Origin: a bacterium
GTDB lineage: Bacteria; Zhuqueibacterota; Zhuqueibacteria; Residuimicrobiales; Krinioviventaceae
Direction of reading: 5' to 3'
Length of the DNA: 64,000 nt
Assembly: GCA_963674595.2 (NCBI GenBank)
Contig: CAXXFV010000009.1
Span: forward strand, 1 to 64,000
Position 1 is the stretch's first letter; each line of letters starts with the position of its first letter. The notes beneath the pieces were generated by a model. The model saw nothing but the letters and a program-made list of their open reading frames with translations, ran no database searches and was not told where the DNA came from. Shown here piece by piece: positions 21,296 through 29,934 of the stretch. Position numbers and translations under genes: made by a program.

Positions 21296-23095
21296 ATGAA
21301 AAATTGTTACAAACTATTCATAGGGGCCTTTATTTACCTTTTACTTATCACTGCTTCAGGTTTATTTTCTCAAGATTTATCAGCGTTCGAATTAATCGAC
21401 AATAATAGCGTTGGATTACAGCCTGCCCCATTCGCCAAACGGGGTGAATGTCTTACAGATATTGACAACAACGGCTGGATAGATATTTATACGCTAAAAT
21501 ACAATGCTAACGGCTATAGTCGTATCCATATAAATAATAACGGTACCTTTACGGATATTACTGATCAAACACCATTACAGGAAATTGAAGACCACAGTGA
21601 TGTTAGGACTTTTAATGTTGTATGGGCTGATTATGATAATGATGGTGATAAGGATTGTAGTTTCGGTACCAATACAAACCTGTTTCTTCTCAGAAATGAT
21701 AATAATCATTTAACAGATGTATCTCAGGAAATGGGATTTGTCGGTTATGGAAATCCGGGATTCTTTTCGGAATGGCACTACAATGTATGTGGCTGGGCTG
21801 ATTATGATCTTGATGGAGATTTGGATTGTGTGGTTTATCAATACCATTATGACAATCTATACCTGTTTAGAAATGACGGTGACCATTTTACTAATGTTGC
21901 TACTGAGGTCGGTTTGGATGGAACAAGTTTGAGTATTGATTCCTTTATTAATCCTCTTGTATGGACTGATTTTGACCTGGATGGTGACCCTGACTTGGTT
22001 GGCAGATTTAACTTTTTTGCAAATGAAGATGGACATTTTCGTGAAGTAACTGAAGAAATTGGTTTGGGCGGGCTTTCCTGGGTTAACCATAAAGAGTTTT
22101 TTGATTATGATAATGACGGCGACCTTGATTATTTTAAAGTAACCGGCTCTACAACCGAAGAAGGCACAAATGAAATGTGGGAAAACCGGGACGGATATTT
22201 TTATAATGTTTCTCCTGAAGTTGGTTTTGGTATTATGAGAGACCGGTTTCGTGGTACAACTATGGGTGATTTTGACAACGATGGTGACCAGGATATTTTT
22301 CTTCAGTTGAATATTGATAGCAGCCCTGACTACTTTTTGTTAAATGAAGAGTTAGAGGGCGGCGGCCGAGCTTTTGTTGATATAGCCGAATTTGTTGGAA
22401 TAACTGTGATGGATGATCGTATTGGTGGCGGATTTTTTGATTATGATAAGGATGGATATTTAGATATTTATATTCCTTCTGTTACATATAGCCATATTCT
22501 GTACCATAATTTAGCCTTAAATAATAAAAATTGGGTTGGTTTCATTTTAGAAGGTACAATTTCCAATAGAGATGCCTTCGGCGCTATTGTAGACCTTTAT
22601 TATGCCGGTAAACAGCAACTACGATATTTGAATAGCTCTCGTGATTTCCTTCGTCAGGATAATCCCTGGATACATTTCGGACTGGGAACAGAAACAGTTG
22701 TTGATTCGGTCGTTATCCGCTGGCCGCTTGGTTACAAACAGGTTTTAACCAATATTGAAATAAATCAATATCATAATATTAAAGAGCCGGACTATACTTC
22801 AGTTGCCGATAATGCTCCCGAAGCTGTACCAACTACATTTGAGTTGAAACAAAACTATCCTAATCCTTTTAATCCGCAAACACGGATAAGTTATTCTCTT
22901 AACCAACCTTCTCAGGTAAAACTTGAAGTTTATGCCGTTACCGGTCAATGCATTTCCGTATTAAAAGATGGTTATCAGCAAGCCGGAACATACTATGTTG
23001 ATTTTGATGCCCAAAATTTACCGGCAGGCCTTTATCTTTACCAAATCAAGGCAGGAAATGTAAAACAGCAAAAAAAGATGCTTTTGATCAAATAA
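21296..23095 (+). CDS. FG-GAP/ASPIC-UnbV protein with CTD, paralog 3
   Basis: AGGAG SD; DxDxDG repeats; SNRDAFGA; QNYPNPFNP. Confidence 0.9.
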   Translation: MKNCYKLFIGAFIYLLLITASGLFSQDLSAFELIDNNSVGLQPAPFAKRGECLTDIDNNGWIDIYTLKYNANGYSRIHINNNGTFTDITDQTPLQEIEDHSDVRTFNVVWADYDNDGDKDCSFGTNTNLFLLRNDNNHLTDVSQEMGFVGYGNPGFFSEWHYNVCGWADYDLDGDLDCVVYQYHYDNLYLFRNDGDHFTNVATEVGLDGTSLSIDSFINPLVWTDFDLDGDPDLVGRFNFFANEDGHFREVTEEIGLGGLSWVNHKEFFDYDNDGDLDYFKVTGSTTEEGTNEMWENRDGYFYNVSPEVGFGIMRDRFRGTTMGDFDNDGDQDIFLQLNIDSSPDYFLLNEELEGGGRAFVDIAEFVGITVMDDRIGGGFFDYDKDGYLDIYIPSVTYSHILYHNLALNNKNWVGFILEGTISNRDAFGAIVDLYYAGKQQLRYLNSSRDFLRQDNPWIHFGLGTETVVDSVVIRWPLGYKQVLTNIEINQYHNIKEPDYTSVADNAPEAVPTTFELKQNYPNPFNPQTRISYSLNQPSQVKLEVYAVTGQCISVLKDGYQQAGTYYVDFDAQNLPAGLYLYQIKAGNVKQQKKMLLIK

Positions 23096-26000
23096 GTTTT
23101 TCCAAGGAGTCTAATAATGATGAGAATGTTAAAAATTTCAGTGTTAATGCTGTTCTGTTTCTGTCAGTTCTTATTTTCTCAGGTTACCTTTGTTAATGTC
23201 CAAAAAGAAATCGGTGAAAAATTTCGTGTCTATCCTAATGCTACGGCATGGGGTGATATTGATAACGATGGTGATCTTGATGCCTATTTAACTATGGGTT
23301 CAAAATATGGCAACGACTTGATGATTAATGATCTTTCTAATTCCGGTGTTTTTCTATGGGCTGATAGTACGATGGCACATGCCGCAAAATCATCCGGTCC
23401 TCGTTGCGGCCTCTTGGCTGATATTGAAAATGATGGTGATCTTGATATTTTTACAATTGGTCAGGATTATCAAAATTGGTTAATTATTAACAAACTGGTT
23501 GAAACAGACTCCTTATGGTTTGAGGACATCAGTGAACAAACAGGAGTCATCCATCTAGAAGAGGCATATTATAACGCTTCAATGGCTGATTATAACAACG
23601 ATGGCCTGCTGGATATTTTTGTTTGTGGGTTGACATCCAATGCTTGGACCCCCTCACTTCTTTTTAAAAATACTTCTACTCAGGAAGGTGTCTCTTTTGA
23701 GGAAGTTGCCTATGATGTCGGCATTTATTCCCTCCTTGGCTTGGATATGGTTGGCGCAATGTGGGCGGATTACGATGATGACGGCGATCAGGATGTTTTT
23801 ATTATATCAAGTCAAAATATGCCGGTATTTTTATACCGTAATGAAGGAAATGATACCTTTACTGATGTAACCGCTGACGCTGGTTTGGGAAATTCTATTG
23901 GTGATGAACGTTCAGCAATATGGGCTGATTTTGATAATGATAGCGATTTGGACCTCTTTATCGGCCGCCGTACTAATGAAGATTTCCCGAATGCGGACAT
24001 TTGCCAATTTTTCAGTAATGATGGCGACGGTACTTTTACCGAAGTTGTAAATGCAAGAATAACCGGAAAGGTTTTCTATGGCAGCGCTGCCGGTGATTAT
24101 GACAATGACGGCGATATTGATTTACACCTGCTGAACTCTAGTGGTGATGATTATATGTTACGCAATGATGGTAATTATGCTTTTACCGATGTTGCAGCAG
24201 ATATTGGTTTAACAAAAGTTGAATCTGCCGGCGGATGGGGTCCGATCGATATAGATGACAGAGGTGGTCAAACCTGGGCAGATTGGGATGCTGATGGTGA
24301 TCTTGATCTTTTGTTACCAGGTGGTAATGGCTCTCAAATATCCTATTTAATGCAAAATGATGGTGGAAATAGCAACAATTGGCTTGAGATTAAATTAACC
24401 GGTGTCACCAGTAACCGGTCCGCTGTAGGAACCCGTGTTATTGTCCGTTCAGGTTATTTACGGCAAATCAGAGAAGTTTGTATGGGATCCGGGTATCTTG
24501 CCGGACCGACAACCGATGTACATGTGGGACTTGCACAACAGTCAACTGTTGATAGTATTATTATAAAGTGGCCCAGTGGTACGATAGATGAATTAATAAA
24601 TGTTTCTGCAAACCAGATATTATCAATAACCGAAGGTAGTTCTCCAAGTGGTGTAGCTTCCGATAAACCTGCAATTGCTTCCGATTTTACATTATATCAA
24701 AACTATCCTAATCCTTTTAATCCGCAAACACGGATAAGTTATTCTCTTAACCAACCTTCCCAGGTAAAACTTGAAGTTTATGCAATTACTGGTCAATGTA
24801 TTTCCGTATTAAAAGATGGTTATCAGCAAGCCGGAACACACTATGTTGATTTTGATGCACAAAATTTACCGGCAGGCCTTTATCTTTACCAAATCAAAGC
24901 AGGAAATGTAAAGCAGCAAAAAAAGATGCTTTTGATTAAATAAGTTTTTCCAAGGAGTTTAATAATGACGAGAATATTTAAAATTTCAATGTTAGTGCTG
25001 CTGTGTTTTTGTCAGTTTTTATTTTCTCAGGTTGCATTTGTTAATGTTCAACATGAAATTGGTGACCAATTTCGTGTTTATCCTAATGCCACATCTTGGG
25101 GTGATATTGACAACGATGGTGATCTTGATGTCTATTTGACAATGGGTTCAAAATATGGCAACGATCTGATGATTAATGATCTTTCTAATTCCGGTGTTTT
25201 TATATGGGCTGATACTTCGATGGCACATGCCATCAAAACATCCGGCCCTCGTTGCGGCCTTTTAGCTGACATTGAAAATGACGGTGATCTGGATATTTTT
25301 GCGATTGGTCAGGATTATCAAAATTGGTTACTTGTTAACAAATTGGTTGAAACAGACTCCTTATGGTTTGAGGACATCAGCGAACAAACAGGAGTCATCC
25401 ATTTTGAAGAAGCATATTATAACGCTTCAATGGCTGATTATAACAATGATGGTCTGCTGGATATTTTTGTATGCGGTCTTTCATCTGATGGCTGGAATCC
25501 ATCACTCTTATTCAAAAACACCTCAACTGTAGATGAGATTTCTTTTGAAGAAGTGGCAATGGATGTAGGTCTTTATTCTTTACTTGGTGTGAGTATGACA
25601 GCCGCTTCATGGGCTGATTATGATAATGATGGTGACCAGGATGTTCTTCTTATCACGAGTTCAGTTAATCCTTTCTTTTTATACCGTAATGAAGGAAATG
25701 ATACCTTTACTGAGGTAACTGCTGATGCTGGATTGGGTACTTCTTTTGGTAATGAACGTTCAGCGCTTTGGGCTGATTATGATAATGACGGCGATTTGGA
25801 CCTCTTTATAGGTAGAAAATGGGAAAGTGAATTAGATCCTGATATGGATATATGTCAATTTTTTAGTAATGATGGAGACGGCACTTTTACCGAAGCTGCC
25901 AACGCAAGGATCTCTGGCAAAGTCTTTTGGGGCAGTGCTAATGGTGATTATGACAACGATGGAGACATTGATTTACACCTGCTGAACTCTGAGGGTGATG

Positions 26001-26574
26001 ATTATATGTTAAGGAACGATGGGAATTTTGTTTTTACCGATGTTGCAGCAGATATTGGTTTAACAAAAGTTGAATCTGCCGGCGGCTGGGGTCTGATCGA
26101 TATAGAAGACAGAGGTGGTCAAACCTGGGCAGATTGGGATGCTGATGGCGATCTTGATCTTTTGTTACCAGGAGGTAATGGATCTCAAGTGCCCTATTTA
26201 ATGCAAAATGATGGCGGAAATAGCAACAATTGGCTTGAGATTAAATTAACTGGTGTCACCAGTAACCGGTCCGCTGTAGGAACCCGTGTTATTGTCCGCT
26301 CAGGTGATTCACGTCAAATAAGAGAAGTTTGTATGGGATCCGGGTATCTTGCCGGACCGACAACCGATGTACATGTTGGGCTTGCACAACAAGCAATCGT
26401 TGATAGTTTAATTATAAAGTGGCCCAGTGGCACGATCGATGAATTAATAAATGTTTCTGCAAACCAGATATTATCAATAACCGAAGGTAGTTCCCCAAGT
26501 GGTGTAACTTGCGATAAACCTGCAATTGCTTCCGATTTTGCTTTATATCAAAATTTTCCTAATCCTTTTAATCC
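22850..26574 (+). repeat. Tandem duplication, unit offset 1848 bp, bounded by QNYPNPFNP codons
   Basis: CAAAACTATCCTAATCCTTTTAATCCGCAAACACGG at 22850 and 24698; gene starts 23117/24965 are also 1848 apart; identity ends at the NPFNP codons ~26574. Confidence 0.9.
23117..24943 (+). CDS. FG-GAP/ASPIC-UnbV protein with CTD, paralog 4 (second subfamily)
   Basis: WGDIDNDGDLD etc.; SNRSAVG; CTD nearly identical to paralog 3. Confidence 0.9.
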   Translation: MMRMLKISVLMLFCFCQFLFSQVTFVNVQKEIGEKFRVYPNATAWGDIDNDGDLDAYLTMGSKYGNDLMINDLSNSGVFLWADSTMAHAAKSSGPRCGLLADIENDGDLDIFTIGQDYQNWLIINKLVETDSLWFEDISEQTGVIHLEEAYYNASMADYNNDGLLDIFVCGLTSNAWTPSLLFKNTSTQEGVSFEEVAYDVGIYSLLGLDMVGAMWADYDDDGDQDVFIISSQNMPVFLYRNEGNDTFTDVTADAGLGNSIGDERSAIWADFDNDSDLDLFIGRRTNEDFPNADICQFFSNDGDGTFTEVVNARITGKVFYGSAAGDYDNDGDIDLHLLNSSGDDYMLRNDGNYAFTDVAADIGLTKVESAGGWGPIDIDDRGGQTWADWDADGDLDLLLPGGNGSQISYLMQNDGGNSNNWLEIKLTGVTSNRSAVGTRVIVRSGYLRQIREVCMGSGYLAGPTTDVHVGLAQQSTVDSIIIKWPSGTIDELINVSANQILSITEGSSPSGVASDKPAIASDFTLYQNYPNPFNPQTRISYSLNQPSQVKLEVYAITGQCISVLKDGYQQAGTHYVDFDAQNLPAGLYLYQIKAGNVKQQKKMLLIK

Positions 26575-26809
26575 TAGTACGAGAATATCCTATCAATTAA
26601 AAAAATCTGCTCATGTTCGTTTAACTATTTATGACATTTCCGGACGTGAGATTAAAACACTTGTTAATAATAATTGTCCTGAAGGAAATGCAAGTATTCT
26701 TTGGGATGGCACAAATAATACGGGTAATATTGTAGCAACTGGAATCTATATTTACAAGCTACAAGTAGGTGCTTTTAATGAATCCCGAAAAATGGTATTT
26801 ATTCATTAG
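24965..26809 (+). CDS. FG-GAP/ASPIC-UnbV protein with CTD, paralog 5 (recent duplicate of paralog 4 body)
   Basis: Body nearly identical to 23117..24943; different CTD after QNFPNPFNP. Confidence 0.9.
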   Translation: MTRIFKISMLVLLCFCQFLFSQVAFVNVQHEIGDQFRVYPNATSWGDIDNDGDLDVYLTMGSKYGNDLMINDLSNSGVFIWADTSMAHAIKTSGPRCGLLADIENDGDLDIFAIGQDYQNWLLVNKLVETDSLWFEDISEQTGVIHFEEAYYNASMADYNNDGLLDIFVCGLSSDGWNPSLLFKNTSTVDEISFEEVAMDVGLYSLLGVSMTAASWADYDNDGDQDVLLITSSVNPFFLYRNEGNDTFTEVTADAGLGTSFGNERSALWADYDNDGDLDLFIGRKWESELDPDMDICQFFSNDGDGTFTEAANARISGKVFWGSANGDYDNDGDIDLHLLNSEGDDYMLRNDGNFVFTDVAADIGLTKVESAGGWGLIDIEDRGGQTWADWDADGDLDLLLPGGNGSQVPYLMQNDGGNSNNWLEIKLTGVTSNRSAVGTRVIVRSGDSRQIREVCMGSGYLAGPTTDVHVGLAQQAIVDSLIIKWPSGTIDELINVSANQILSITEGSSPSGVTCDKPAIASDFALYQNFPNPFNPSTRISYQLKKSAHVRLTIYDISGREIKTLVNNNCPEGNASILWDGTNNTGNIVATGIYIYKLQVGAFNESRKMVFIH

Positions 26810-26817
26810 TTTTTAGC

Positions 26818-28638
26818 ATGGAGGTAACTAAAATGCATACAAATAAGATATTTCTAATATTTTTATCTTGTATGATTATTTTTTCGGTTTTGAATGTTTT
26901 TGCAGTGGATTTGACTCCTTTTGAAGTAATTGAAAATGCAAGTGTTGGTCTTACGCCTATTCCTTGTGCAAAATGGGGTCAGGCAATTGCTGATATAGAT
27001 CGTAATGGCTATCCGGATATATTTATTCCAAGATATAATACTCCTGGTTTTAGTCATATTTTCACTAATACAAATGGCCAATTTACGGATATTACCAGTC
27101 AAAGTCCTATTGAAGAACTTGAGACCCAGGGTGATGAACTTCGCTCTTTTGGCGCTGTTTGGGTTGATTTTGATAATGACGGTGATAAAGACCTTTGCTA
27201 TGGCACCCCTTTAGCTATTCATCTTTTCGAAAATGATGGAAATAATAATTTTACAGAAGTTTCTGAAGAGTGGGGCTTTGTCGGACAAAAACCACCTGGT
27301 TTTATCACCGAATGGTATTTTTATATTGGCGGTTGGGCAGATTATGATCTGGATGGAGACCTTGATTGTATTGTCATGCAGCAAAATAATGATAATATGT
27401 ACCTTTTTAGAAATGACGGTGATCATTTTACTGATGCGGCTGCAGAAGCAGGCCTTGCACCTTCGGTTTTATCCGAATCAAATAGAACAACATGGTTTGA
27501 CTGGGATTTAGACGGTGACCCTGATTTATTTTCTGATACACATTTTTTAAGAAATGATAATGGCGTCTTTACAGAAGTAACAGATGAAATAGGTTTTTCC
27601 GAATTGGAAGAGGTTTCATATAGAAGATTTTTTGATTATGATAATGATGGTGATTTTGATTTTTTCAAATCTATAAGCTCTCCGACTGCTGCCGGAACCA
27701 ATGAAATATGGGAAAACCAGGATGGAGTTTTTACAAATGTGTCAGAACAAGTGGGATTGATCATTAATAGAGACCGTTTCAGAGGTATGGCTGTTGGTGA
27801 TTTTGATAATGATGGTGATGTTGATGTGTTTTTACATATTAATATTGAAACTACTCCTGATATGTTATTGCTTAATGACGAATATGAGGGAGGCCGTCTT
27901 TTCTTTGATGTTGCCGAGTTTGCTCAAGTTAAGAAAATGGGCGACCGTAAGGGTGGAGCCTTCTTTGATTATGATTCTGACGGATTTTTAGATATTTATT
28001 TACCTTCAGCAGAATATGATCATCTATTATACCATAATTTAGCAACAAATGGAGCAAACTGGGTTGGGTTTACTCTGGAAGGAACAGTTTCCAATCGTGA
28101 TGCTGTTGGCAGTATCGTTACTCTTTATGCTGACGGCAAAAAGCAAATACGTTATCATCAATGTGGTACTGGAATGTACAGCCAGGATAGTCCCAGAATT
28201 CATTTTGGACTTGGAACAGCAACCACTATAGATTCAGTTGTTATAAATTGGCCGCTTGGAATTAGACAAGTACTGACAGACGTAGCTATTAATCAATATC
28301 ATGATGTTGTTGAATCAGATGATACTAAAGTTGATGATAGTGATAAAAACCTGGTTCCAAGTGCATTTAAACTCGAACAAAATTATCCTAATCCTTTTAA
28401 TCCAATAACAAACATCGAGTTCGATATTCCAATGGATGGAAAGATTAAATTGGTTGTTATGGATATAACCGGTCGTGAAATAATTACGTTAATTGATAAT
28501 TACTATACTCGCGGACATCATTCTTGTGAATGGGATGGCAAAGGTATGAATGGAAATTATGCCTCTTCAGGCGTTTATTTTTATACTCTTTATACAGATA
28601 CTTATACACAAACTCGCAAGATGGTTTTTATCAAATAG
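26818..28638 (+). CDS. FG-GAP/ASPIC-UnbV protein with CTD, paralog 6
   Basis: Start probably ATG 26833 after GGAGG; closest to paralog 2; QNYPNPFNP. Confidence 0.9.
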   Translation: MEVTKMHTNKIFLIFLSCMIIFSVLNVFAVDLTPFEVIENASVGLTPIPCAKWGQAIADIDRNGYPDIFIPRYNTPGFSHIFTNTNGQFTDITSQSPIEELETQGDELRSFGAVWVDFDNDGDKDLCYGTPLAIHLFENDGNNNFTEVSEEWGFVGQKPPGFITEWYFYIGGWADYDLDGDLDCIVMQQNNDNMYLFRNDGDHFTDAAAEAGLAPSVLSESNRTTWFDWDLDGDPDLFSDTHFLRNDNGVFTEVTDEIGFSELEEVSYRRFFDYDNDGDFDFFKSISSPTAAGTNEIWENQDGVFTNVSEQVGLIINRDRFRGMAVGDFDNDGDVDVFLHINIETTPDMLLLNDEYEGGRLFFDVAEFAQVKKMGDRKGGAFFDYDSDGFLDIYLPSAEYDHLLYHNLATNGANWVGFTLEGTVSNRDAVGSIVTLYADGKKQIRYHQCGTGMYSQDSPRIHFGLGTATTIDSVVINWPLGIRQVLTDVAINQYHDVVESDDTKVDDSDKNLVPSAFKLEQNYPNPFNPITNIEFDIPMDGKIKLVVMDITGREIITLIDNYYTRGHHSCEWDGKGMNGNYASSGVYFYTLYTDTYTQTRKMVFIK

Positions 28639-28717
28639 ACCGGATTTTTAAGGTACGGAATTTATAAAAAGAGATAATAATAGAAACGATATTACAAATA
28701 ATTCCAGGAGAAAACGA

Positions 28718-29779
28718 ATGAACATCGGACGATTTAATTTATTGTTTGTGTGCGTATGCGTCATATTTTTTTCTACTTTGCTATACGCACAGGATGGAAA
28801 ATCTACATCGACGAGCAGCGGCTCAACTGACGTTTCCAATACCGGAACTTCAGTTGGCGGATTTTTAGAAATTGGCGCCGGGGCAAGAGCACAAGCTATG
28901 GGTGGTGCTTTTACATCTGTAGCAGATGATGCTACTGCAATGTATTGGAACCCGGCTGGTATTTCACGGTTAGGTAGTATGGAAGCAACTTTTAACTATA
29001 CTAATTGGCTTGTGGATACTCAATATGCCTATGCCGGTATTGTTGCTCCTTTGGGTACATGGGGAGCTGTCGGTGCGAATGTAACACATTTTGATTTCGG
29101 AGAACAACCCGTTCGTACCATAGCAAGACCAGATGGAACAGGCGAAGTATATGGCGCCAGCGATATTGCACTTGGTCTGGCATTTGGAATGAATTTGACT
29201 GACCGGTTTTCTTTTGGATTTAACTTTAAATATGTTAATCAAAGAATTTGGCATGAAACCGCAAGTGGTTACGCTATGGATTTGGGTGCACTCTATGATA
29301 CACCTTTGGATGGATTGCGCCTGGGATTTACAGTACAGAATTTTGGAACCGACATGAAGCTTTCTGGTCGTGACCTTAGACGAGCTTATGATCCAGACCC
29401 AATTAATTATGGAAACGACGCGATTAATGTATTATATGAAACCGATACCTTTTCTTTACCTCTTAAATTTCGTTTTGGAGCATCCTACAAAATTAATTTT
29501 TCTGAAACGCAATCCCTTTTGTTAGTGTCCGATGTACTTCACCCAAGTAACAATTCAGAATCTTTGAATCTTGGAATGGAATATTCTGCTTTTAATACGA
29601 TACAGCTTCGCGGTGGCTATGAATCTATTTTTGAACGTGATAGTATTAGTGGACTTAGCCTCGGTGTTGGAATTCATCAAAGAATTCAAAATACAATGAT
29701 GATTTATTTTGATTATGGCTGGGTGGATTGGGGAGCCTTTTCCAGTGTAAATAGATTTTCTCTTGGAATAGGTTTCTGA
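28718..29779 (+). CDS. PorV/PorQ-family outer-membrane beta-barrel
   Basis: Signal peptide; FLEIGAGARAQAMGGAF..ADDATAMYWNPAG signature; amphipathic strands; C-terminal Phe. Confidence 0.88.
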   Translation: MNIGRFNLLFVCVCVIFFSTLLYAQDGKSTSTSSGSTDVSNTGTSVGGFLEIGAGARAQAMGGAFTSVADDATAMYWNPAGISRLGSMEATFNYTNWLVDTQYAYAGIVAPLGTWGAVGANVTHFDFGEQPVRTIARPDGTGEVYGASDIALGLAFGMNLTDRFSFGFNFKYVNQRIWHETASGYAMDLGALYDTPLDGLRLGFTVQNFGTDMKLSGRDLRRAYDPDPINYGNDAINVLYETDTFSLPLKFRFGASYKINFSETQSLLLVSDVLHPSNNSESLNLGMEYSAFNTIQLRGGYESIFERDSISGLSLGVGIHQRIQNTMMIYFDYGWVDWGAFSSVNRFSLGIGF

Positions 29780-29846
29780 TATCTAAATTTCATCTAATAT
29801 AATAAAGCAAACAAAATCATACCTAAATTTAGATGAAAATAAGATT

Positions 29847-29858
29847 GAAAGGAGGTGA
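29847..29858 (+). promoter_or_regulatory. Orphan extended Shine-Dalgarno (putative STAB-SD mRNA stabiliser)
   Basis: GAAAGGAGGTGA with no start codon at RBS distance; the real RBS GGAGG is at 29923-29927. Confidence 0.5.
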
Positions 29859-29934
29859 ATTCAGGAAAGCTGAGTAATGTTTCTAATTCGTCGCTATTAA
29901 AAGCGAGACAAATTGTTAACATGGAGGATCGGAA

